Part shown: piece by piece, positions 1-7,998 of the stretch
How positions within the stretch are numbered: the first letter of the stretch is position 1
Layout: the number at the start of each line of letters is the position of its first letter
Assembly (NCBI GenBank): GCA_019116845.1
Contig: DXAY01000001.1
Location: 1-39,171 of the forward strand
Reading direction: 5' to 3'
Length of the DNA stretch: 39,171 nt
From: Candidatus Mediterraneibacter stercoravium
Lineage (GTDB): Bacteria; Bacillota; Clostridia; Lachnospirales; Lachnospiraceae
Translations under genes and position numbers: made by a program
Notes under the pieces: model-generated
Told to the model about the DNA's origin: nothing
What the model saw: only the letters and a program-made list of their open reading frames with translations
The model's database searches: none

Positions 1-69
1 AAATCCTTCACGTCTAAGTTTTTTGGCTTTGATTGTCATGTCTCTTCTTTCAGCTTTTAAAGTATTCAT
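1..69 (-). CDS. rplY: 50S ribosomal protein L25/Ctc, N-terminal part (runs off window start)
   Basis: Reverse complement of 1-69 reads MNTLKAERRDMTIKAKKLRREGF, a typical L25 N-terminus (L-A-R...K-LRR-G). GGAGG RBS at 79-83. Not in the supplied ORF track. Confidence 0.8.
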   Translation of the reverse strand, partial: MNTLKAERRDMTIKAKKLRREGF

Positions 70-186
70 TTATCTTTTCCTCCAATCACTGAATCGCGCT
101 TAGCAAGCCTTCAACTTTGCGGTATGTCCGCGTTGCGGACGTAAGACAAATAGGTGTTGTTAAGTGTGTTTCTTTGTTACAGTTAC

Positions 187-195
187 ATTATAGCA
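187..195 (-). promoter_or_regulatory. Extended -10 promoter (TGcTATAAT) for rplY
   Basis: Minus strand reads gtgctataat. A TTGACA lies only 8 nt upstream (201-206), too close for a canonical -35. Confidence 0.5.
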
Positions 196-221
196 CTGCT
201 TGTCAAGGGGGCGGAAAATAT

Positions 222-839
222 TTATGCGCGGTATGCCAGCTCAAGAAGATCTACGATTTTGTCAATGCCGAGAAGGCTTGCATTCAACAGCGCCTGATGG
301 GAATAGATGCTGCCCCACTCGAGACCGGTATAGGTTTCGTAATAAAATTTTCTTTCACGGTCCGTTTTACGGATCCGTTCTGCCGCTTTGCGTTCTGTGA
401 GATCATATCGCTCTGCAATACGTTTGATCCGGTCCCCTTTTTCAGCGCAGATGAAAACGTTGATGCAGTTGAACTTATCTCTGAGGATATAATCGGCGCA
501 TCGTCCTACGATGACACAGGGGCCTTTCCCGGCAAGAGTACGGACGATCTCAGTCTGTTTCTGATAGACTTTCATATCAAGGGACGGCATATAGGATGCT
601 GTACTGATGAAATTCGAATAACTCATGGGAGCCACACTGTATGCCGCGATGAATGAATTCAGTGCGGATTCATCTGCACGCTCCACGCTTTCTTCCGTGT
701 AGCCCAGCTCCTGCGCAGCCATGCTGACCAGCCGGTGGTCATAAAGAGGAATATTCAGACGCGCTGCCAGCTTTTCTCCGATCTCATGTCCGCCGCTTCC
801 GAACTGACGGCTGATTGTAATAATTTTGTATTCCGACAT
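222..839 (-). CDS. Cytidylate kinase-like family protein
   Basis: IITISRQFGSGG P-loop, GPCVIVGRCADYIL and D-ER--YY--YTG--WG motifs. AAAGGAGG RBS. Confidence 0.85.
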   Translation of the reverse strand: MSEYKIITISRQFGSGGHEIGEKLAARLNIPLYDHRLVSMAAQELGYTEESVERADESALNSFIAAYSVAPMSYSNFISTASYMPSLDMKVYQKQTEIVRTLAGKGPCVIVGRCADYILRDKFNCINVFICAEKGDRIKRIAERYDLTERKAAERIRKTDRERKFYYETYTGLEWGSIYSHQALLNASLLGIDKIVDLLELAYRA

Positions 840-884
840 ATCAATCCCTCCTTTGAAAATATTACGGTGGTTGTAGTTACTTTA

Positions 885-913
885 ATTATAGCTCTTTTTG
901 TGCGGTTGAACAA
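885..913 (-). promoter_or_regulatory. sigma-A promoter for the cytidylate kinase-like gene
   Basis: Minus strand TTGTTC-N17-TATAAT. Confidence 0.55.
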
Positions 914-943
914 TGAACAAAGGAAGAGATAGCGCGCGTTTCC

Positions 944-972
944 TTGACATAAAAACCGGGCAGGCTTAAAAT
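944..972 (+). promoter_or_regulatory. sigma-A promoter for gldA
   Basis: TTGACA(944-949)-N17-TAAAAT(967-972). Confidence 0.75.
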
Positions 973-981
973 AGCAATGTA

Positions 982-999
982 TTGTTATAAAAATAACAA
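982..999. promoter_or_regulatory. Rex-type operator (redox-sensing repressor site)
   Basis: 18-bp palindrome TTGTTAtaaaaaTAACAA just downstream of the -10. It resembles the clostridial Rex consensus TTGTTAAnnnnTTAACAA and precedes an NAD-dependent dehydrogenase. Confidence 0.65.
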
Positions 1000-1041
1000 T
1001 GAGAAAGAAATCATGAAAGTTTATGACAGGAGGACACGGCT

Positions 1042-2139
1042 ATGGCAAATATTCTGATCAGCCCGGGCAAATATGTGCAGGGAGCAGGAGAAATGGGAAA
1101 TCTCGGAAAATACGCAGAGAAATACGGGAAAAAGGCGCTTGTCATCATCACGGCATCCGGATATAAGAGATGCGGAGCGGTGGTGGAAGAAGGATTTAAG
1201 GACAGCAGCGCTCAGATTGTGTTTGATTATTTCAACGGAGAGTGCAGCAAAACAGAGATCAGCCGCCTGACTGCAGTCGTAGAGAAAGAAAACTGCGATA
1301 TGGTGATCGGCATCGGCGGGGGAAAGATCCTTGATACGGCAAAGGCGGTAGCGTATTATAAATCTGTTCCGGTGCTGGTGTGCCCCACGATCGCATCTAC
1401 GGACGCGCCGTGCAGTGCTCTTTCTGTGATCTATACAGATGATGGCGTATTTGAGGAATACCTGTTCCTTCCGGCGAACCCGAACATGGTCCTGATGGAC
1501 ACGGAGATTATCGCGAAATCTCCGGTCAGACTGACTGTATCAGGTATGGGCGACGCTCTGGCAACGTATTTTGAGGCCCGTGCATGCCAGAGAAGCGGCG
1601 CTGTCACATGTGCGGGAGGCAAGGTGACTTCTGCTGCAATGGCACTGGCGAAACTGTGCTTCGACACTCTGATGGATGAAGGCGTGAAAGCCAGGCTGGC
1701 TCTGGAGGCAGGCGCCTGCACTCCGGCAGTGGAGAAGATCATCGAGGCGAACACGCTCCTGAGCGGCATCGGATTTGAGAGCGGCGGACTTGCCGGAGCC
1801 CATGCCATCCACAACGGATTTACGGTGATGGAGGAATGTCATCACATGTACCATGGAGAAAAGGTTGCGTTTGGAACGATCACACAGCTTGTTCTCGAGA
1901 ACATCCCCGCGGAAGAGCTTGAGGATATCATCGACTGGTGCATCGAACTTGGACTGCCTGTCACACTGAAGGAACTGGGCGTTGAGGAGGCAACGGACGA
2001 GAAGCTGATGGCTGTGGCCGAGGCGGCATGCGCCGATAGCGATACGCTTCACAATATGCCTTTCGAGGTGACTCCGCAGACAGTGTGCGCGGCAATCAGG
2101 GCAGCAGACGCATACGGAAGATATTTTCTGGGCGAGTAA
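1042..2139 (+). CDS. gldA: Glycerol dehydrogenase
   Basis: SPGKYVQG N-terminus, GGGK-LD, PTIASTDAPCSALSVIY, GDALATYFE, GLAGAHAIHNG and HGEKVAFG, all GldA signatures. AGGAGG RBS. Confidence 0.93.
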   Translation: MANILISPGKYVQGAGEMGNLGKYAEKYGKKALVIITASGYKRCGAVVEEGFKDSSAQIVFDYFNGECSKTEISRLTAVVEKENCDMVIGIGGGKILDTAKAVAYYKSVPVLVCPTIASTDAPCSALSVIYTDDGVFEEYLFLPANPNMVLMDTEIIAKSPVRLTVSGMGDALATYFEARACQRSGAVTCAGGKVTSAAMALAKLCFDTLMDEGVKARLALEAGACTPAVEKIIEANTLLSGIGFESGGLAGAHAIHNGFTVMEECHHMYHGEKVAFGTITQLVLENIPAEELEDIIDWCIELGLPVTLKELGVEEATDEKLMAVAEAACADSDTLHNMPFEVTPQTVCAAIRAADAYGRYFLGE

Positions 2140-2145
2140 TCTGAG

Positions 2146-3018
2146 ATGAAAAATAAGATTTTCTGCCGGGTCCTGTTTTATGCCATAGGACTTCTTGTCC
2201 TTGCCCTCGGACTGACCCTGAATACGAAAACAGGACTGGGCGTTTCACCGATTATCTCGGTGGCATACAGCATCTCAGAGATATTTGACCACAATTTCGG
2301 AAACATGACTCTGGCGCTTTATAGCGTCTTTGTAGTGATTGAGATGGTGCTCCATCTGATCCGGGAGCGCAGATACTGCAGGGCCGAAGGAGGAGTACTT
2401 GCCAATGCCGGGAGGAAGGACCTGAGACTGATCCTTCTGATGGATTTTCTCCAGATCCCTCTGAGCATTGTATTTACCCGCTTTCTGAATGTATTTTCAG
2501 CTGTGATCCCCAGCCTTTACTCGGACGGACCGGCTCCCCCCGGGGAGCTGGCTGTCCGGGTGGGCTTTCTGATCATTGCAGTCATCCTGACCGGGATTGG
2601 CGCCGCCATGTCGCTGAACATGCGGATCGTGCCGAATCCCGGAGACGGCATCGTGCAGGCCATCGCGGATACGGTCCGCAAGAGTGTGGGATTTACGAAG
2701 AACTGTTTTGACCTGACCAATATCACGATCACTGTTGTCCTGAGCTTTGTGTTCGCAGGTCATCTTGTGGGCGTTGGCGTGGGGACCATCCTTGCGATGA
2801 TCGGCGTGGGCCGTACTATCGCAGTGTTCAACCACTTTACATATGCAAAGATGGGAAATGAGAACAACCTGTACTTCAGCTTCGGCGGCGCGCAGGCAGT
2901 GGCAAGGGTTTCAAAATATGAGATCAGCCAGATCGGCGACAGAGTAAGTTTTGTGTTTATGCCGTCAAAGATGCATTTCTTTGATAAAGAAACAGGGGTC
3001 AATTACACAGAGTTATAA
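2146..3018 (+). CDS. YczE/YyaS/YitT-like (DUF6198-like) membrane protein carrying an in-frame C-terminal fragment of a MalK/MsmX sugar ABC ATPase
   Basis: Residues 1-236 are multi-TM with the YczE-type motifs LGVSP, PNPGDG, KNCFD and GVGVGT. Residues 237-290 (GNENNLYF...ARV...GDRVSFVFMPSKMHFFDKETG) match the MalK C-terminal OB-fold end. Confidence 0.75.
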   Translation: MKNKIFCRVLFYAIGLLVLALGLTLNTKTGLGVSPIISVAYSISEIFDHNFGNMTLALYSVFVVIEMVLHLIRERRYCRAEGGVLANAGRKDLRLILLMDFLQIPLSIVFTRFLNVFSAVIPSLYSDGPAPPGELAVRVGFLIIAVILTGIGAAMSLNMRIVPNPGDGIVQAIADTVRKSVGFTKNCFDLTNITITVVLSFVFAGHLVGVGVGTILAMIGVGRTIAVFNHFTYAKMGNENNLYFSFGGAQAVARVSKYEISQIGDRVSFVFMPSKMHFFDKETGVNYTEL

Positions 3019-3052
3019 TCTGAAGCCAGAAAAAATCAGAATGAATACATGA

Positions 3053-3082
3053 CCGGCGGATGTGCTCTGCACAGTCCGCCGG
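3053..3082. other. GC-rich stem-loop upstream of the GH32 gene
   Basis: ccggcgga-tgtgc / gcaca-g-tccgccgg inverted repeat with no + strand U-tract. May be an intercistronic stabiliser or processing hairpin. Confidence 0.45.
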
Positions 3083-3107
3083 GGGAAAAAACAGATACGG
3101 AGGCAGT

Positions 3108-4439
3108 ATGAAACGACAGAGATTACACTTGAAAGCGCCGGACAACTGGGTGAACGATCCCAACGGCTTTATATACTACAAAGGATACTACCATCTGTTT
3201 TATCAGTATTTCCCCTATGGACCCCGCTGGGGCACCATGCACTGGGGACATGCGATGAGCAGGGATCTGGTCACATGGGAACACAAAGGGCTGGCGCTCT
3301 ATCCGTCCAGAAGAGAGGATCAGAACGGATGCTTCTCCGGCAGTGCCATTGAAGTGGATGGAAAGCTGTATCTGACTTACACCGGAGTCAGATATGAGGT
3401 GGTCAACCCGGAAGATCCTCACACATGTCTGGATGAGCAGTTTGAATCGGCGCAGCTTATGATCTCATCCGAAGACGGGGTCCATTTTGACAATGAGAAC
3501 GGGAAAGAGGTCATTATCCCGCCGATCACGGATCCGGAGCTCGGGGACAGGACCCATACCAGGGATCCGAAGATATGGAGAGGAAAGGACGCATGGTATC
3601 TCGTCCTCGGGAGTACGGTGAAGGAGCAGTACGGGGAGCTCCTCTTCTACCGGAGCGAAGATCTCCATACATGGACTTTCGTGAACAAGGCATGGAAAGG
3701 GCCGGACTACGGCTGGATGTGGGAATGCCCGGATTATTTTGAGACAGAGGGCGGAAAAGTGCTTCTCGTCTCCCCCATGAAACTGCTTAAGAATGACGAG
3801 AAAGAGAAGAATCAGTCTGTCTGCTTCCCGGTGGAATTCGATGAAGAAACGTGCCGGATGGAGATCCCGGATGAATATTCCTTTATTGACTACGGTCTGG
3901 ATCTCTACGCTCCCCAGACTACCGTGGACTCAGAGGGAAGAAGGGTGATGGAAGCATGGCTTCGGATGCCCAAAGTCACAGAGGGCGGGTGGATCGGAAT
4001 GTTCTGTTCTCCCCGAGTTGTGGAGCGGAGAGGAGGACATATTTACTTCCGCATGCATCCGAATATCCGCAGCGCTTACTCGAAAGAAGCGGCAGAGGGA
4101 CAGCAGTCTTCCGCGGACGGCTACATGGCCGTGTTTGATCTGAATGACGGAGAGAGTGTGGATATCGGAGGATATGTCATTTCCAGAAATGGAGACCATA
4201 TCTGTACGGACAGAAGTCGTGTGTACCCCGGATTTGAGGGCGCGCATCTCCTTTCCGAGACACCGGGGCTGAAGGAAGGATTCCATCTGGAAGTTCTGGT
4301 GGACGAAAATCTGATCGAAGTCTATGTCAATGACGGCGAATACGTGATCAGCAATGCGGTCTACGGGATCGGGGACAGGATCACCTGCAGCAGGGACACA
4401 GAAATCCGGCTGTACATAACAGAAGAAACAGTGGAATAA
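3108..4439 (+). CDS. GH32 beta-fructofuranosidase / sucrose-6-phosphate hydrolase
   Basis: WVNDPNG, RDP and WECPD catalytic motifs, plus MHWGHA, FSGSA and YAPQT. Start moved to ATG 3108 (MKRQRL) behind GGAGG. Confidence 0.92.
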   Translation: MKRQRLHLKAPDNWVNDPNGFIYYKGYYHLFYQYFPYGPRWGTMHWGHAMSRDLVTWEHKGLALYPSRREDQNGCFSGSAIEVDGKLYLTYTGVRYEVVNPEDPHTCLDEQFESAQLMISSEDGVHFDNENGKEVIIPPITDPELGDRTHTRDPKIWRGKDAWYLVLGSTVKEQYGELLFYRSEDLHTWTFVNKAWKGPDYGWMWECPDYFETEGGKVLLVSPMKLLKNDEKEKNQSVCFPVEFDEETCRMEIPDEYSFIDYGLDLYAPQTTVDSEGRRVMEAWLRMPKVTEGGWIGMFCSPRVVERRGGHIYFRMHPNIRSAYSKEAAEGQQSSADGYMAVFDLNDGESVDIGGYVISRNGDHICTDRSRVYPGFEGAHLLSETPGLKEGFHLEVLVDENLIEVYVNDGEYVISNAVYGIGDRITCSRDTEIRLYITEETVE

Positions 4440-4451
4440 ATTTGTTATATA

Positions 4452-4497
4452 ATAAGGCTTCTGCCGCGTTACATCCTTTGCGCGGCAGAAGCCTTAT
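4452..4497. terminator. Probable bidirectional terminator hairpin between convergent GH32 and GH35
   Basis: Perfect 17-bp inverted repeat ataaggcttctgccgcg / cgcggcagaagccttat with a 12-nt loop. Confidence 0.7.
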
Positions 4498-4570
4498 CTG
4501 CGGTAAGATCTTCGCTGTATGTTTCCGGTCCGCGGACAGCGCCCGCTCTTTATGGAGCCTGCGAAAATAT

Positions 4571-6880
4571 CTATCTCAGTTTCAGTTCATAAACGGGGCA
4601 TACCTTCACGTTTTTCAGTTCTGCCTCATAGGATTCGGCGCTTTCCATCCGGGCCGCCATGGCGGATTCGACATTGACGTTCACGCCCTCTCTCAGCGGT
4701 GAGATGGAAATGGTAAGAGGTGTGCCGTTCAGTCTGCCGGCGAAGGTGCGAAGTCCGATCTCCCAGGTGTTGTTATTACAGAAGTTGTCATTGATCATAT
4801 CCCCGTCGATGAAGGCAGATCCGATGTCTCCGGAGTAGTCGATCTGAAGCAGAGCGTCCTTGAGTCCGTCCATGAAATTCTCCGGGAAGGAGACTTCATA
4901 TTTGGAGTAAGCGGTCTGTGTCACGGTGACAGAAACGTTCCTTTTGGTTGTGGCCGCCGACCATACGTCAAAAAGACTTTCTTCCGACTGCGGAAAGGCA
5001 GAGGCGAAAGGAAGATCGGCAGCTCCTTTCGGATATGTGAGTATCCGGTTATCCGCGGATGTGGTTTCCAGACGCAGACCGTCACTGTCTTCCATGACAG
5101 CGCCTTCCGTGAAAAGCAGAGTTCCGTCAGAGAGCAGATACATCTGGTTCGTCAGAGCTCTGTCCAGACAGAGGATCTCTGCGGAGAGTGCAGCCTGCCG
5201 GTCTTCGGAAGAGCCGTTTTTCGACACGTGGAATACTTCTGCCTGTTTCTGCGGATCACACCGGTAGATGCTGCTTCCCTGATCTGTGACAGCCTCTGTT
5301 TCAAAGTGGAAGACCGGTTCCATTCCGTCCGGTTTCAGAAATACAAAGATCGGTCTTTCCCCGGACGGACTCTTATGCCGCAGTACGGTAACGGGCTGCG
5401 CCGATGCCGTTATGAGATCGATGCCGGCGATATCCATATGGAAAGGAAGAACGCAGTTTTCATCCGGGGCAAGACCGAGATCGGAGAATGCAATATCTTC
5501 CTCTTTCGTATGGAGTGTTACAGTTTCAGCTTCTTTCGGTTTTGTTTCCATGTGGTCCTGAAAATTATTCAGGAAGAGAAAACCGCTTCTCCCGTCTGTG
5601 CGAACGGCATATCTGAGCGTATCCAGATCTTTTGGATCGATCAGAGAGCCGCCTTCCGGAAGAACGGTCTGCATCCCGCAGAGGATATCCGCAAAGGCCG
5701 CGGCAAAATAATGGAGCGCTTTCAGACGCTGATAAGATTCCCGGATCTGTCCGAATTCCCCCAGAGCAGCCTGATAGTCGTATGAGATCTTCGGTGCCTG
5801 CGCCTCATTCATGAAAGTGCCGTGCTTTCCTTTCGGGTTGCTGCCCCCCTGGAATACATAATATCCCAGAAAATTGCATCCGGACGCGAGCTTGATATTC
5901 GCCATGGCATCCACGCTCTTAAAGGGGAGAATGAACCTGTAGTAGTAAGTGCACATCATGCCCCCGCCCATCTCACAGCAGGCATAGGGACGTTCTTCCG
6001 GGCTGTACGCAGGCCTGAAGTCGCTGGTCACGACTGCGTCATTGTTATGATAGTCCTGATAAATATATTCTTCTGTGGCAGGATGCTCTCCCCGTGCGGT
6101 ATAGAAAAGCCATGGGCGGTATGCGTATCCTCCCCACAGAGGCATCATTTCATCAGGAGTGATGGCTCCGCCCCATCCGGTGCATGTGTAAAAGGGCGTG
6201 TCTATGCCGCATTCTTTCGCCAGATCTCTGAGCGTGAGCATATATTGCTCCCCGTCATCTCCTCCGAATATCCATTCGTCGGAAATCCCTGTCGTGATCT
6301 CCCATACGGCGGAGGAATGCATGTATTCGTTGTCGATCTGTGCAGCGATGATCGGCCCGCCGTCCTTGTAGAGCAGCCCTCTGATCTGACGGGCGATATT
6401 TGCATACAGGCGTTTTGTGTAAAAGAGAAAACCGTCGTTTAACTTTCTCACCTCAAAAGATTTTCCGTAAAGCCAGTCCGGCAGGCCGCCGTTTCTCACT
6501 TCGCCGTGGTCAAAAGGCCCGATCCGAAGAATGACATACATATGGTGTCCGGCGCACAGCTCGACGAATCTGCGCAGGTCTTTGCTTCCGGAAAAGTCGA
6601 AGACGCCTTCTTCTTCCTCGTGATGGATCCAGAAGACATAAGTCGAGATGATATTGATGCCGCACATTTTCATCTTGAGTATCTCATCTTCCCAGCGGCT
6701 CTCGTCACATCTGGAAAAGTGGAATTCACCGCTTATGCCGAAAAAAGGCCTGTTATTCATTTCCATATAGTAGTTAGTGAAGGACAGGGTGCTGCCGTCC
6801 GGGGCGGTGCCGCGGAAATGACTGTCGAGAGGGATGAAGGTTTTCTTTTTGAAATTTCTGAGGTTCAGTTCATGTTTCAT
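4571..6880 (-). CDS. GH35 beta-galactosidase
   Basis: GEFHFSR, YVFWIHHE, RIGPF-HGE-RNGGLPDWL, GGPIIAAQIDNEY (acid/base), CEMGGG and SYDYQA. No signal peptide. Confidence 0.9.
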   Translation of the reverse strand: MKHELNLRNFKKKTFIPLDSHFRGTAPDGSTLSFTNYYMEMNNRPFFGISGEFHFSRCDESRWEDEILKMKMCGINIISTYVFWIHHEEEEGVFDFSGSKDLRRFVELCAGHHMYVILRIGPFDHGEVRNGGLPDWLYGKSFEVRKLNDGFLFYTKRLYANIARQIRGLLYKDGGPIIAAQIDNEYMHSSAVWEITTGISDEWIFGGDDGEQYMLTLRDLAKECGIDTPFYTCTGWGGAITPDEMMPLWGGYAYRPWLFYTARGEHPATEEYIYQDYHNNDAVVTSDFRPAYSPEERPYACCEMGGGMMCTYYYRFILPFKSVDAMANIKLASGCNFLGYYVFQGGSNPKGKHGTFMNEAQAPKISYDYQAALGEFGQIRESYQRLKALHYFAAAFADILCGMQTVLPEGGSLIDPKDLDTLRYAVRTDGRSGFLFLNNFQDHMETKPKEAETVTLHTKEEDIAFSDLGLAPDENCVLPFHMDIAGIDLITASAQPVTVLRHKSPSGERPIFVFLKPDGMEPVFHFETEAVTDQGSSIYRCDPQKQAEVFHVSKNGSSEDRQAALSAEILCLDRALTNQMYLLSDGTLLFTEGAVMEDSDGLRLETTSADNRILTYPKGAADLPFASAFPQSEESLFDVWSAATTKRNVSVTVTQTAYSKYEVSFPENFMDGLKDALLQIDYSGDIGSAFIDGDMINDNFCNNNTWEIGLRTFAGRLNGTPLTISISPLREGVNVNVESAMAARMESAESYEAELKNVKVCPVYELKLR

Positions 6881-6962
6881 GGTGTTTTTTCCTTTCTGGT
6901 TCCCGCCTGATGGAGGGAGAATCTATTTTCTGATTTTGAGGTATATACAGAAAGAAGACAGT

Positions 6963-7808
6963 TCAGGATCCGGAGATCCGGTATTCCGTGGGTGTAAGTC
7001 CGTTTTTCTTTCTGAATGCGCTGCAGAATACGCTTACACTGGAAAAGCCTGTTTCAAAGCATATATCTTTCACGGAGAGACGGGATGTCTTCAGCAGGTA
7101 TTTTGCCGTGTTTATGCGGAAATTGCGTATATATTCGTGGGGTGTAAATCCGGTTTCCCGTCTGAAAATCCGGATAAAATGATACTGACTCAGTCCGGCG
7201 CGGGAAGCCAGTTTCTGAATCGTAAGATCCTCTGCATAATGTTCCTGAATATACGATACTATATCCTCTGCGATGCCCGTGTGGTTGGCTGCGGCCGGAA
7301 CTGACGGGGCAGAAAGCAGAAGGGATGTCAGTATGTCTGTGATCAGTTTGGAGAGAAGCGCCTCTCTGACCGGTTCGCCGTGAAGAAAAGTACGGTACAG
7401 GGAGGTCATTTTGTCCAGTACCGGCCATGGCCTGGCGAGGGTGAAAAGCTGTCCCAGCTGAGACGTGATCAGTTCATAGTGGGCCCGGGCAGCGGGACCG
7501 TCAAAGTGAAACCAGAGACTTTCCCATCCGGTGTCGGAGTAATAGACATGGGGTCTGTAACAGTCCAGGAGAACAAAACTCCCGGCGTTTACGACTTCGG
7601 TTCTGCCTTCATATTCCAGAGTCAGATGTCCCGACCGGATATACATCAGAAGAAAACTGTCATAGGCTTCTCTTTTCAGCGAATAGCCGGCTTCGTAGAT
7701 GAAGTCTCCGGTACAGATCGGATAGAAAAAAGTTTTTTCTGCCGCGGCACTGGGGAGATGGACGAAATAGTTGGACTGTTCAGAAACAAAATTTTCGCAG
7801 GATTTCAT
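6963..7808 (-). CDS. AraC family transcriptional regulator
   Basis: N-terminal cupin-like domain (PHVY...W...WFHF) and C-terminal double HTH (HFIRIFRRETGFTP...GFSSVSVF...FRK..GLTPTEYR). Confidence 0.92.
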   Translation of the reverse strand: MKSCENFVSEQSNYFVHLPSAAAEKTFFYPICTGDFIYEAGYSLKREAYDSFLLMYIRSGHLTLEYEGRTEVVNAGSFVLLDCYRPHVYYSDTGWESLWFHFDGPAARAHYELITSQLGQLFTLARPWPVLDKMTSLYRTFLHGEPVREALLSKLITDILTSLLLSAPSVPAAANHTGIAEDIVSYIQEHYAEDLTIQKLASRAGLSQYHFIRIFRRETGFTPHEYIRNFRINTAKYLLKTSRLSVKDICFETGFSSVSVFCSAFRKKNGLTPTEYRISGS

Positions 7809-7998
7809 AATGACACCGCCTTTATAGATTGACTAACCCTGAATTTACTGTAATTTTACTCTGGACTTTATATAATTACAAGCGCAAAAAATATAAATAA
7901 AACCGCAAGCCAGAAGAGTGAGGGAGCGGAAAAAATATTGTAAGATAGGAGCAGAAAATATATGGATTGAACAGAGTGAAAGGGCAGGAGGAAAGAAA

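Noticed and set aside
187-206. Perfect TTGACA and TATAAT on the minus strand as a canonical promoter pair
   Set aside because: The spacer is only 8 nt, so only the extended -10 is reported.
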